This document shows, piece by piece, positions 17,738-26,591 of a stretch of DNA of 32,000 bases. Both the position numbers and the translations under genes were made by a program. The DNA is taken from contig NZ_LCWM02000015.1 in the NCBI RefSeq assembly GCF_002077075.2, positions 6,288 through 38,287 of the forward strand, in the 5' to 3' direction. The stretch is from Thermoproteus sp. CP80 (GTDB taxonomy: Archaea; Thermoproteota; Thermoprotei; Thermoproteales; Thermoproteaceae). Below the pieces are notes generated by a model. The model was not told where the DNA came from and ran no database searches. It was given only the letters and a program-made list of their open reading frames with translations. Within the stretch, counting starts at the first letter, position 1, and every line of letters begins with the position of its first letter.

Positions 17738-18601
17738 CTACCTCTGGGCGCCCGCCCCACATTGGGCTATTTTCAGTATCTTGGCTGCGGCATCGGGTGC
17801 ATCGAAGCCGAAGACGTAGCCGTTGGCCTCTATGCCGACGCCGCCTCTGTCCAGCACCACGTCGTAGCTACGGACGCGCATGGCGGCCGTTATGTTTTCG
17901 ATGGTTTCCTCCTCTGTGTTGCTGGGACCTACAATTACATATTCGTAATTATACTTTTTAATACAATTTATTATATTTTCATCATATCTTATATTTATAA
18001 CTGCTTTTATATTTCTATGGATATTATTTATATTTAATATAAGCTTGCCCAGAAATTTGGCACCCCACAGCTGGGGCTCAGACGTGGTGACCAGCGATTC
18101 TCCCACCACCGAGATGCGGCCGGGATACCCGATCGGCCCCTCGCCGCCGAGCTCCACTATATTCATCAACACCTTTGGAACTAGATTTATTACATATTTA
18201 TTGCTTTTAAGCATATTAAAACTTGTTATAATTCTATTTTTAACCTCATTTACAATAGATATGTTTTTACATATATCGCAATTCCTTAGGTAGGGCGCCG
18301 CGTGTCTATGCACATCGCAAAACCTCAGAGAAGATAGGAGAGATAACACAAAGTTGTTCAGATATTCGATGGCCTCAGGATAGTTCTGTTGATCCACCGC
18401 CATGACGACGACGTCCAAAAGCCTGTTGACCTCCTCCTTGGATAGCCCCACATCGGCCAGCCTCCGCTCGTAGTGCTCCCTGTCCAGCTTCAAATAGGCG
18501 CTTACGGCCGGCTGCGATATGCCGAGTATCTGGCCCACCTTGCTCTGCGAAAGGCCGCGGCGCGACAGCTCGTGGGCGATCAGCCCCTTAAGCGGCTGCA
18601 T
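17738..18601 (-). CDS. XRE-type HTH regulator fused to a ThiN-like domain (ThiR-like)
   Basis: The ORF extends to 18802, but its N-terminal 67 aa are implausible. I start at Met 18601 (MQPLKGLIAHELSRRGLSQSKVGQILGISQPAVSAYLK). The C-terminal ~200 aa resemble the ThiN/ThiD-associated domain seen in archaeal ThiR. The domain call is from memory, not a search. Confidence 0.55.
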   Translation of the reverse strand: MQPLKGLIAHELSRRGLSQSKVGQILGISQPAVSAYLKLDREHYERRLADVGLSKEEVNRLLDVVVMAVDQQNYPEAIEYLNNFVLSLLSSLRFCDVHRHAAPYLRNCDICKNISIVNEVKNRIITSFNMLKSNKYVINLVPKVLMNIVELGGEGPIGYPGRISVVGESLVTTSEPQLWGAKFLGKLILNINNIHRNIKAVINIRYDENIINCIKKYNYEYVIVGPSNTEEETIENITAAMRVRSYDVVLDRGGVGIEANGYVFGFDAPDAAAKILKIAQCGAGAQR

Positions 18602-18735
18602 GACCTTTTCCGACAAGAGCTCCAGGGGGAACACAGTCCATAGAAATATCAATAAAATATTTACCCAATAGGCCTTCGGCGACGGGGCAGCCGCCGCGGC
18701 GCGAAACCTTATTATTTGACCCAGACGGCTGGCGC

Positions 18736-19671
18736 GTGATAGACCATATAGAGCTGCAGTTAGGCGAGCGTAAAATATCCGGCGAGCTGACGCCGTTGAC
18801 ATTTATAGTAGGTTCAGGTAAAAGCGTCTTTATAAATTCTATATATTTAGTTTTATCAAATATAGGATTGAAAATACCAAAAATATATTATAATAAATTT
18901 AATATATCTATAAAAATAAATAATAAAATTTTTTCTTTACAAAAAAACGGGAAGATATATAGACAGATATTCGACGAAGGGGGCAGAAAGGTCGCGATAG
19001 AGTATGGCGCCTTGGACGGCTCCCGCATCAGCAGGATCGTGGAGCCGTTCGAGCTCGCGATCAAGAACGCAGATATCTTGATGCCCCAGATAGATGTAGC
19101 CGAACACGTCTCCATATTGGCCGACGAGGAGATAGAGGAGGTGAATAGGCTCATAGGCGAGTTCAGAAAGGCCTTCTCGCTGAAGGTGACCTCCCTGGGC
19201 CCGTATATAGACCCCAGGACCTTCCACGACCCGACCAAGGCCGCGGGCTCCCTCAAACCTGACGGCAGTAATCTGGTCGGCGTGTTGGCCAGGTTAGCTC
19301 TCGAAAACCCAGACGCCTACGATAGGCTGAGGACGTCCTTCAGGAAAAAGGGAGTCAAGCTCGCCGTAGGGCTTGCGAAAAGGGGCGTCCTGGCCGGCGT
19401 GGCCCACATCGGAGGGGCCAAGATGCCTATCTCCAGGTTGCCCTGCAGCTTAAAGACGGCGTTGGTGTTCGCCGCGGCCGTCGCGACCAAGCCAGATCTG
19501 CTACTCATCGAAAATTTTGATTGCTGCTTCAACGAGGGCCTGGTCGATATATTGACAAGCTATTTTAACGAGCAAATATCGAGGGGCCAAATAGTCGTGG
19601 AAATACATAGGCCCGACGTAGCCGATCTATTCAAGATACAGTACAAATCGATAGTTTCGGTGGCGCTCTGA
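18736..19671 (+). CDS. divergent ABC/AAA_21-like ATPase with degenerate motifs
   Basis: 311 aa with a shortened P-loop FIVGSGKSVF, a signature-like LKPDGSNLVGVLARLAL and a Walker-B-like DLLLIENFD (no DE pair). GTG start, with TTATTATTTG about 20-29 nt upstream. Confidence 0.6.
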   Translation: MIDHIELQLGERKISGELTPLTFIVGSGKSVFINSIYLVLSNIGLKIPKIYYNKFNISIKINNKIFSLQKNGKIYRQIFDEGGRKVAIEYGALDGSRISRIVEPFELAIKNADILMPQIDVAEHVSILADEEIEEVNRLIGEFRKAFSLKVTSLGPYIDPRTFHDPTKAAGSLKPDGSNLVGVLARLALENPDAYDRLRTSFRKKGVKLAVGLAKRGVLAGVAHIGGAKMPISRLPCSLKTALVFAAAVATKPDLLLIENFDCCFNEGLVDILTSYFNEQISRGQIVVEIHRPDVADLFKIQYKSIVSVAL

Positions 19672-19680
19672 TTACGTGTA

Positions 19681-19887
19681 CTATACGTATACCTTCAGCT
19701 CCTGCAAGATCTTTATAACCTTCTGGAGCTCCTTGATCTCCTTCTGGGCTATCTTGAGGGCCTCCTCGACCACATCGCGCGAGGGCCCTCCCACGTTGAA
19801 CTCATACGCGACGTAGTTCAGGACGGCCCTAGCCCCCAAGCCCTCCACGTCCTTCAGGCTATTCCTGACGATTTCGGCGGGATCCAC
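19681..19887 (-). CDS. small helical hypothetical protein
   Basis: 68 aa with a GTG start that overlaps the end of the upstream DUF54-like gene by 29 nt. No motif recognised. Confidence 0.45.
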   Translation of the reverse strand: MDPAEIVRNSLKDVEGLGARAVLNYVAYEFNVGGPSRDVVEEALKIAQKEIKELQKVIKILQELKVYV

Positions 19888-20296
19888 GTAGCTTCCTCAG
19901 CTCCTCTATTAAGCTATTCGCCGACGCCTGCGGTATTCTGATCTCCACATGTATCACGTCGTCGCCGCTGTCGAGCCGCAGAATGCCGCGCAGAGCCTTC
20001 TGTTTATTCAATCTAATAAATAACTTGTTTTTATATATAGTTAATTCATTTAATAAAATCTCAAAATCTAAATCATCTATTAATTTAATTATATTGGCAA
20101 AAATCTCCGAGGCGCGGCAGCCCTCGGCCTCTGCGTACAGCGCAGTTATGGCGTTGCCGTAATACCCCGCTATCCGGTCCATACGCACCTCGCCGGGCAC
20201 GACGTTCCTCAAGGCCTTGGCCACCTTGCCGCAGTCCTCGGTGGAGTGGCAGTAGGCAGTCGCCCTTATCAGCCTGACGGGACAAGGCCTCTGCAC
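19859..20296 (-). CDS. DUF54/COG1325-like RNA-binding protein (predicted exosome-associated)
   Basis: 145 aa. The pattern (IRATAYCHSTED...VAKALRNV...GYYGNAI...LFIRLNKQKA..G...L..GDDVIHVEI) matches my memory of the COG1325 family. It is divergent from psmA, as in the exosome superoperon. Confidence 0.6.
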   Translation of the reverse strand: MQRPCPVRLIRATAYCHSTEDCGKVAKALRNVVPGEVRMDRIAGYYGNAITALYAEAEGCRASEIFANIIKLIDDLDFEILLNELTIYKNKLFIRLNKQKALRGILRLDSGDDVIHVEIRIPQASANSLIEELRKLRGSRRNRQE

Positions 20297-20344
20297 GGCC
20301 GTAGCCGCATGCTAATATTTAAATTGGAGAAAGAGAGGGCCTTC
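20297..20344. promoter_or_regulatory. single shared TATA element for divergent DUF54-like gene and psmA
   Basis: A 48-bp spacer contains CTAATATTTAAATTGG (about 20311-20326). This lies ~15-30 nt from the GTG at 20296 (minus strand) and ~20-34 nt from the ATG at 20345 (plus strand). Confidence 0.55.
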
Positions 20345-21064
20345 ATGTTCCCGCCCTCAATGGCAGGCTACGACAGAGCCATAACCATATTCTCGCCCGA
20401 GGGGAAGCTCTACCAGGTGGAGTACGCGGGCGAGGCGGTGAAGAGGGGCTGGCCGACGGTCGGCGTCAAGTGCTCCTCCGGAGTCGTGCTGGCCGCCGAG
20501 AAGAGGAAGATATCAGCGTTGTTCGACCCCACGTCCCTGGAGAAGATATATATCGTGGACGACCACGTGGCCATATCGCCGTCGGGCCTGCTGGCCGACG
20601 CAAGGGTGCTCGTCGACTACGCCAGATCGGTTGCGTTGACGCACAGATTCCTCTACGACGAGCCCATAGACGTCGAGGTGTTGACCAAAGACATATGCAA
20701 CTTAAAGCAGCAGTACACCCAGTTCGGGGGCGCTAGGCCCTTCGGCGTGGCCCTGTTGGTCGCCGGCATCGACAGGCAGGGCCCCAAGCTCTTCCAGACC
20801 GATCCAGGCGGCGTATACCTCGGCTACTACGCCACGGCGATAGGGGCCGAATCCACAGCTATAGTCGAGTTCCTCGAGAAAAACTACAGCCAGGAGATGG
20901 ATACGCCTCAGTGCGTCGAGCTGGCGCTGAGGGCCCTCAGCACAGCCATGGAGTCCATTGACGTCGACAGGATAGAGGTCGCATACGGCGACGTCAAGAG
21001 CAAGGCCATGAGGAAGATGTCCAAGGAGGAGCTCGCGCCCATTCTGGCCAGGATCAAGAAGTAG
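20345..21064 (+). CDS. psmA: proteasome alpha subunit
   Basis: YDRAITIFSPEGKLYQVEYA is the canonical alpha-subunit N-terminus. I start at the ATG at 20345 because the upstream part of ORF 20246.. runs through the promoter. Confidence 0.92.
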   Translation: MFPPSMAGYDRAITIFSPEGKLYQVEYAGEAVKRGWPTVGVKCSSGVVLAAEKRKISALFDPTSLEKIYIVDDHVAISPSGLLADARVLVDYARSVALTHRFLYDEPIDVEVLTKDICNLKQQYTQFGGARPFGVALLVAGIDRQGPKLFQTDPGGVYLGYYATAIGAESTAIVEFLEKNYSQEMDTPQCVELALRALSTAMESIDVDRIEVAYGDVKSKAMRKMSKEELAPILARIKK

Positions 21065-21380
21065 TAGCCCTCCGGGCGCAGAGCTCGGCTATAATCAACA
21101 TCTGCTTCACGAGCTCGCCGGGCGTCACGCCTCTGGATATGCACCTAGCCACGTCTATAATGGCCTCGAGCCCCCCTCCCCCCTCCTTCCCACATATCTT
21201 CACCAGCTCCGTCTCTACACAGATGCCTCTAGATGCGCCGAGGCCGTCGGCCAGACACTCCAGGGAGACAGGACCCTCTATCTCGCACGGCACGTAGTAG
21301 CCTCCCTCGCCTCTGTATTTGGTGTAGGCCATGTCGCACTCCATATGTACGGCGCCTCTATCGGCCACGTAGACGCTCAC
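21054..21380 (-). CDS. Cys-rich hypothetical protein (possible TSCPD-like segment)
   Basis: 108 aa with 7 Cys, GTG start and a TATA-like TTAAATAG about 20 nt upstream. The segment GLEAIIDVARCISRGVTPGELVKQM weakly resembles TSCPD-domain proteins. It lies antisense between psmA and SBDS. Confidence 0.5.
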   Translation of the reverse strand: MSVYVADRGAVHMECDMAYTKYRGEGGYYVPCEIEGPVSLECLADGLGASRGICVETELVKICGKEGGGGLEAIIDVARCISRGVTPGELVKQMLIIAELCARRATTS

Positions 21381-21461
21381 GGCCCCTCGACCGCATCGCT
21401 ATTTAAGCCTGAACAGCCCAGTCTCGATAAATTTTATTTCCCATGTTTTATAGGTGCTCGT
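21381..21461. promoter_or_regulatory. divergent promoter region (Cys-rich gene / SBDS)
   Basis: CGCTATTTAAG (21395-21405) serves the minus-strand gene. ATAAATTTTATTTCC (about 21426-21440) lies ~25 nt upstream of the SBDS ATG at 21462. Confidence 0.5.
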
Positions 21462-22157
21462 ATGACGAAGGTTGCCATAGCGAAGTTGGATCGGGCTGGC
21501 GAACACTTCGAGATCCTGGTCGATCCCGACGCCGCGTTGGAGCTCAAGATGGGGAAGTCCATAGGCTTGGACAAGGTGTTGGTCCACGAAGAGATCTACA
21601 AGGACGCCCGCAAGGGCCTTAGGGCCTCTGAGCAGGCGTTGAGGAAGGCGTTTGGGACGACAGACGTCCACAAGGTGGCGGAGGCCATCATCAGGGAGGG
21701 GGAGATACCGATAACCGCCGAACAGAGGCGCAAGATGGTTGAGGACAAGAGAAGGCAGGTTGTCGAGTGGATATCGCGCAACTGCATCGATGTGAGGACC
21801 AAGACCCCCGTGCCGCCCCAGAGGGTGGAGAACGCCTTGGAGCAGGTGCGCGCCGCCATAGATCTCTTCAAGCCGGTGGAGGAGCAGATAAACTATATAC
21901 TGAAGGACCTCCAGAGGGTCCTTCCCATAAAGGTCGCCACGGTCAGAATAGCGCTGAGCGTGTCCTCGCAGTACGCCCAGAAGGTGAAGGGCTTTGTGGG
22001 CAAGTCGGCGAAGATAGTCAACGAGAAGTTCAGAAGCGACGGGTCTTGGGAGGCCATCGTCGAGGCGCCCGCCGGTCTTCAAGACATGATAATAGGAAGA
22101 GTCAACGATATAACTCATGGAGAGGGCGACGTGAAAATATTGGAGATAGTATACTGA
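21462..22157 (+). CDS. SBDS-family ribosome maturation protein
   Basis: Starts MTKVAIAKLDRAGEHFEILVDPDAALELKMGK, a typical archaeal SBDS N-terminus. It sits between psmA and rrp4. Confidence 0.88.
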   Translation: MTKVAIAKLDRAGEHFEILVDPDAALELKMGKSIGLDKVLVHEEIYKDARKGLRASEQALRKAFGTTDVHKVAEAIIREGEIPITAEQRRKMVEDKRRQVVEWISRNCIDVRTKTPVPPQRVENALEQVRAAIDLFKPVEEQINYILKDLQRVLPIKVATVRIALSVSSQYAQKVKGFVGKSAKIVNEKFRSDGSWEAIVEAPAGLQDMIIGRVNDITHGEGDVKILEIVY

Positions 22158-22864
22158 TGAAGTACGTATCCCCTAGACAGGTAATATTTCCCGGCGATCC
22201 GGTGGCCACCTCAGACGAGAGCGTGGAGGGCGCCGTGTATATCGACGAGGGGAAGTACAGAGCTTCGTCCATAGGCTTGGTCGAGTTCAGAGACAACAAG
22301 ATAGTGGTGGTGCCTCTAGAGGGCTCCTACAGGCCCAAGCCAGGCGACGTGGTGATCGGCTACGTCACCGACGTCCTGGCGTCGGGCTGGGAGGTCGACG
22401 TGAGGGCGCCGCTGGCCGCGTGGCTGCCGGTAAACGAGGCCACGGCCAAATACATAGACCTGGAAAAGACCAGCTTGACAAGCCTCCTCAACGTGGGCGA
22501 CGCGGTGATAGCCGCGGTGAAAGACGTGGATCTGACCGACGAGTTCCCCGTGATGTTGACGCTCAGAGAGGGGGAGAGGCTGGGCAAGATAGAGAGCGGG
22601 CTGGTCGTCGAGCTCTCGCCGGTTAAGGTGCCGCGCGTGATAGGGAAGAAGGGCACCATGATATCAACGATCTCGGAGCTGGGCTGCGACGTGATAGTGG
22701 GCCAGAACGGGAGGATCTGGGCCAAATGCCCGGGGCCCGAGGCCGAGCTCGCGTTGTTGCAGGTGATAGAGAAAATAGACAGGGAGAGCCACGTCGCCGG
22801 TCTCACCGACAGAGTGAGGGCGTTAATTGAAAGATATAAAGGTGGGGGCTCGGCTAGGCCATGA
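22157..22864 (+). CDS. rrp4: exosome complex RNA-binding subunit Rrp4 (S1 + KH)
   Basis: The ATG overlaps the SBDS stop by 1 nt. The S1-like region is PKPGDVVIGYVTDVLASGWEVDV and the KH-like region is VPRVIGKKGTMISTI. Confidence 0.88.
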   Translation: MKYVSPRQVIFPGDPVATSDESVEGAVYIDEGKYRASSIGLVEFRDNKIVVVPLEGSYRPKPGDVVIGYVTDVLASGWEVDVRAPLAAWLPVNEATAKYIDLEKTSLTSLLNVGDAVIAAVKDVDLTDEFPVMLTLREGERLGKIESGLVVELSPVKVPRVIGKKGTMISTISELGCDVIVGQNGRIWAKCPGPEAELALLQVIEKIDRESHVAGLTDRVRALIERYKGGGSARP

Positions 22865-23598
22865 AACAACCGCCTGTGCCTCTGCTGGTAGAGGGCAGAA
22901 GGGCCGACGGGAGGGCGCCGGACCAGATGCGCGACGTGAGGATCTCCGTCGGCGTTATCTCCAACGCAGACGGCTCCGCCATGGTGTCCTACGGCAACAC
23001 CACCGCCGTGGCCGCCGTCTACGGCCCGCGCGAGATGCACCCCAGACATCTGAGCTTGCCGGATAAGGCCGTCATGAGGGTCAGGTACCACATGGCGCCG
23101 TTCAGCACCAAGGATGAGCGTAAGAACCCGGCGCCGTCGCGTCGCGAGATCGAGATAAGCAAGGTCTTGAGGGAGGCCCTTGAGCCCGCCATATTCCTTG
23201 AGCAGTTCCCGCGTTCCCGTATAGACGTATTCGTCGAGATAGTCCAGGCGGACGGATCCACGCGGGTGGCCTCGCTGACCGCGGCGTCTCTCGCGCTTGC
23301 GGATGCCGGGGTGCCCATGAGGGATTTGGTGATAGGCGTGTCCGTCGGCCTGGTCAACGGCGTCGTCGTGCTGGACCTAAACGGGCTGGAGGACAACTAC
23401 GGCGAGGGCGACATGCCTGTGGGCTATATGCCGAACCTGGGCAGGATAACCCTCCTGCAGCTCGACGGCGCATGGAGCAGGGATAGATTCGCCGAGGCCG
23501 TAAAGCTCGCCGTAAAGGGCGCCGAGTACGTCTACGGCAAGGCCCGCGAGGCGCTTAAGGCCAAATACTTCGAGATAGCCGAGGAGGTGGCGAAATAA
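22861..23598 (+). CDS. rrp41: exosome RNase PH subunit Rrp41
   Basis: 245 aa with RNase PH-fold motifs (RADGRAPDQMRDV, ADGSAMVSYGNT, ADGSTRVASLTAASLALADAG). ATGA overlap with rrp4. Confidence 0.9.
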   Translation: MKQPPVPLLVEGRRADGRAPDQMRDVRISVGVISNADGSAMVSYGNTTAVAAVYGPREMHPRHLSLPDKAVMRVRYHMAPFSTKDERKNPAPSRREIEISKVLREALEPAIFLEQFPRSRIDVFVEIVQADGSTRVASLTAASLALADAGVPMRDLVIGVSVGLVNGVVVLDLNGLEDNYGEGDMPVGYMPNLGRITLLQLDGAWSRDRFAEAVKLAVKGAEYVYGKAREALKAKYFEIAEEVAK

Positions 23599-24419
23599 TG
23601 GCGTCCATATCCCCCTACGGAAAGCGCTTCATCTCGTACATAAGGCAGAGCCAGATAAGGAGGCTCGTGGGGTCCGGCGTCAGGATAGACGGGAGGACGC
23701 CCCACCAGCTGAGGGACGTGTCCATCAGGACCAACGTGGTCAATACCGCGGATGGGTCGGCCGAGGCGCTGTTGGGGAAGACCAGAGTGGTGGCGGGAGT
23801 CAAGGTGGGCCTGGGCCAGCCGTTCCCGGACACGCCCGACGAGGGCGTGTTGATAGTGAACGCCGAGATTCTGCCGCATGCCTCCCCCTACAGCGAGATA
23901 GGGCCTCCGGACGAGACGGCCATAGAGCTCGCCCGCGTGGTGGACCGCGGCATACGCCACAGCGGCTTCGTGGACTTCAAGAAGCTGGCGATAGACCAGA
24001 ACAAGGTCTACGTGCTCTGGGTAGATCTCTACGTCCTGAACGACGACGGCAATCTGGTCGACGCGGCGAATCTCGCCGCCCTGGCGGCTCTACGGTCCAC
24101 CATGTTGCCGTCGGCCGTCAAGGACGAGGCGGGGGTTAAGCTGGATCGGAACAACAAGACGGCGCTTCCGTCCGACCTCTCCAAGGCGCCGATAGCGGTT
24201 TCGATAGGTAAGATAGATTCCCGCATTATAGTGGATCCCAACCTCGAGGAGGAGCTCTCGCTGGATGGACGGATAACCATAACCATAGCTCAGGACTCCA
24301 TCGTATCCATGCAGAAGACAGCCGGCTATTTCACCGAGCAGGAGCTCTGGCAGGCCGTGGACCTCGCCTACTCGATCAGGGACAAGCTCAGGGATGTTCT
24401 GCTGAAGAGCCTGGTCTGA
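23598..24419 (+). CDS. rrp42: exosome RNase PH-like subunit Rrp42
   Basis: 273 aa (RIDGRTPHQLRDV, ADGSAEALLGKTRVVAGV, VLNDDGNLVDAANLAALAAL). It overlaps the rrp41 stop by 1 nt. Confidence 0.9.
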   Translation: MASISPYGKRFISYIRQSQIRRLVGSGVRIDGRTPHQLRDVSIRTNVVNTADGSAEALLGKTRVVAGVKVGLGQPFPDTPDEGVLIVNAEILPHASPYSEIGPPDETAIELARVVDRGIRHSGFVDFKKLAIDQNKVYVLWVDLYVLNDDGNLVDAANLAALAALRSTMLPSAVKDEAGVKLDRNNKTALPSDLSKAPIAVSIGKIDSRIIVDPNLEEELSLDGRITITIAQDSIVSMQKTAGYFTEQELWQAVDLAYSIRDKLRDVLLKSLV

Positions 24420-24420
24420 G

Positions 24421-24680
24421 GCATCCCCTCTTCATCTCCGGCCAGGCGATGGGACTCGGGAACCCTCCCGGGCGGGGGCCCCAGCCGGTCGGGGCTCCCT
24501 CTTCGTCGTGAGGCATTTGGACGGGCTCTCCGGCCCGTGCGGCGAGCGGCCGGCCCTCGGCCGGCGGAGTCTCTCCATGGTGATACGTTACGTCTCTCCG
24601 TACGATGATCTGTTGCGCCGTCCATAGAGATCGGCGTGTGATTCCAAATGGCCGATAGGCCAATTTAAAATATCGATTTT
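24421..24680 (+). repeat. GC-rich structured element, copy A (homologous to the reverse complement of 5950-6285)
   Basis: It begins 2 nt after the rrp42 stop. It shares the colinear blocks listed for copy B, and its 3' part (24615-24671) carries the module GCGCCGTCCATAGAGATCGGCGTGTGATTCCAAATGGCCGATAGGCCAATTT. The ORFs listed here (24368..24625, 24388..24663) are Arg/Pro/Gly-rich artefacts. Confidence 0.8.
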
Positions 24681-24785
24681 ATTATAAGGCCAGTGGGCAC
24701 ATACCCAATTATGTGCAACAACGCTTGGAGGCGTGGTGCCAGCCTCATAGCAACAAAGACTTATAGATAGGTTGCTTCGGCGGCC

Positions 24786-25604
24786 GTGAGAGGTCTGTGG
24801 GTGGTGTTAGTTGCGGCGGCTTTGGCCACCGTGGCGGCCTTGACGGCCGTGGTAGCTGCGCAGAGGGCCTTAGTATACATTGTGCCGCTGTATTCCTACC
24901 CGTGTTGCGGCTACGAGCAGGAATGGGGGAAGTTGCTCAACCTCCACACAGACAAGGAGGTGTGGGTGGTGGTCAACGTGGACGACGGGCCCGGCTCTTC
25001 GGTGGACTCCACATACGTCTCTGTCATCAGCGGGCTTAAGCAGAGGGGCTTCAAGGTGCTGGGTTACATATACAGCTCCTACGGAAGGAGAAGCCTGGAG
25101 ACGGTATACTCAGAGATGGACAGGTGGATAAGGTTCTACAACGTAGACGGCTTCTTCATAGACGAGGTGTCCACGAGCCTGGAGACCTATAGCTACTACT
25201 CTTCGATATACAGCAGAGCCAAGAGCCTTGGCAAATACGTCGTGCTGAACCCCGGCACCAACATAGACCCGAGGTTCTTCAACATTGCGGATAAGATAGT
25301 GGTGTTCGAGTCGCCTCTGGAGGAGTACGTAAACTTCAGCTACCTGGACTACTCCTCTGCGGCGCCCGACAGGGTGTGTACAATTGTTCTAAACACGCCG
25401 CCGGACAAGGTGGACTACGTCGTACAGAAGGCCGTCGCAAACGGCAGCAGGTGCGTCTACGTACACGACAGAGCCGACAAGTGGCAAACTGGCGACTCGG
25501 CCTACTTCTACCTGAGCCCCTATTTGAGTTGGCTCTCACTCCCGTTTTTGTTAATACAGATATGCGTCGACGAGCAGGTCGGCCGGGGCCGTCGCGGGGC
25601 GTAG
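24786..25604 (+). CDS. secreted spherulin-4 / GH135 (Sph3)-like protein
   Basis: 272 aa with an N-terminal signal/TM (LWVVLVAAALATVAALTAVVAA). The following pattern (YIVPLYSYP...W..L......VWVVVNVDDGPG, GYIYSSYGRR, VDGFFIDEV, VVLNPG) matches my memory of the spherulation-specific family 4. GTG start, with CTTATAGATAGG about 24-35 nt upstream. Confidence 0.65.
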   Translation: MRGLWVVLVAAALATVAALTAVVAAQRALVYIVPLYSYPCCGYEQEWGKLLNLHTDKEVWVVVNVDDGPGSSVDSTYVSVISGLKQRGFKVLGYIYSSYGRRSLETVYSEMDRWIRFYNVDGFFIDEVSTSLETYSYYSSIYSRAKSLGKYVVLNPGTNIDPRFFNIADKIVVFESPLEEYVNFSYLDYSSAAPDRVCTIVLNTPPDKVDYVVQKAVANGSRCVYVHDRADKWQTGDSAYFYLSPYLSWLSLPFLLIQICVDEQVGRGRRGA

Positions 25605-25728
25605 GACGCGGGCCTGGCGGCGTGCCCTAGGCGCATGGCCACGCCGAACACGGCGCCGAGGGTTGTCCCAGTCTGAAGGGCCGCTACCGCGCTGGCGAAA
25701 TTTTATATAGCCCAGATCATTGTGGCGC

Positions 25729-26043
25729 ATGCCGTTTAGCCACACCAAGGTGGTGGGGCCTGCCGGGAGGTACGGCGCCCGGTACGGCATGGGCATCAGG
25801 AGGAAGATAACCGCCGTTGAGGTCAAGCAGAGGGGCCTCCACCGCTGTCCCAACTGCAGGTCGCTGGTGAGGCTGAGGCGGCTCGCCTTCGGCATCTGGC
25901 AATGCCCCAAATGCGGCTTCACCTTCGCGGGCGGCGCCTGGATCCCGCAGACCATACTCGGCAGAACTCTGACGCCCGAGGAGCTTAAACAAGTGGAGAT
26001 ACAGAAAGCCAGATGGAGGGGGGCCTCGCAGGAGCCCAGCTAG
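25729..26043 (+). CDS. rpl37ae: ribosomal protein L37Ae (eL43)
   Basis: GPAGRYGARYG plus the zinc ribbon CPNC...CPKCG. I start at the ATG at 25729, about 20-28 nt downstream of TTTTATATAG (25701-25710). Confidence 0.9.
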   Translation: MPFSHTKVVGPAGRYGARYGMGIRRKITAVEVKQRGLHRCPNCRSLVRLRRLAFGIWQCPKCGFTFAGGAWIPQTILGRTLTPEELKQVEIQKARWRGASQEPS

Positions 26044-26591
26044 CGGCGAAAATACTGGCGACCACCTCCAGATTCTACTCGAAAAAAATCAACGAATTCC
26101 TCAACGAGCTCTCGACCGCGTTGCCCGGCGTGGAGAAGATAGTCAGGGGGAAGCGGTCGTATCGGGCTCTGCTGGAGGAGGCCGTCGCCAGGCGCGCCGA
26201 CTATATCGCGCTAGTCAGATCCCGACGGGGCAACCCCGCCTCCCTGGAGTTCATAGACGTGGCGAGGCGCCGCTGGCTCCCCTACTCCATCCCCATATCC
26301 GGCGTGAAGATGCGGGAGGATCTCCAGGTATATGTGGCCAGAAAGCCCAAGGCCCGGCGCGCGGCCATCGTCGACTACACGGCGAGCGAGCTGGCGGACG
26401 TGTTCCTGGAGATCTTCAGATACCCTCTGTTTTACTCGATAGATCTGGAGGAGGTCAGAGGCCGCTACGACACGCTGCTCTTAATCAGGGGGAAGCCGGG
26501 GGGCTACTCCCTGGAGCTTATCGACGGAAGGGATCTGGGGCCGCGGGGCCTTGTTATTAAAGTTAAGGGAATAAAGATTAAATATGTATAA
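26013..26591 (+). CDS. Brix-domain (Imp4-like) ribosome biogenesis protein
   Basis: ILATTSRFYSKKINEFLNELS... is typical of archaeal Brix proteins, and the gene follows L37Ae. The start is uncertain because the listed Met overlaps L37Ae by 31 nt. Confidence 0.7.
   Translation: MEGGLAGAQLAAKILATTSRFYSKKINEFLNELSTALPGVEKIVRGKRSYRALLEEAVARRADYIALVRSRRGNPASLEFIDVARRRWLPYSIPISGVKMREDLQVYVARKPKARRAAIVDYTASELADVFLEIFRYPLFYSIDLEEVRGRYDTLLLIRGKPGGYSLELIDGRDLGPRGLVIKVKGIKIKYV

Noticed and set aside
26013-26043. The 31-nt overlap of the L37Ae and Brix ORFs (and the 44-47 nt overlaps around 27352-27690) as programmed frameshift or fusion sites.
   Set aside because: No slippery sequence was noticed. The overlaps are most simply explained by uncertain (possibly non-ATG or internal) start codons of the downstream genes.
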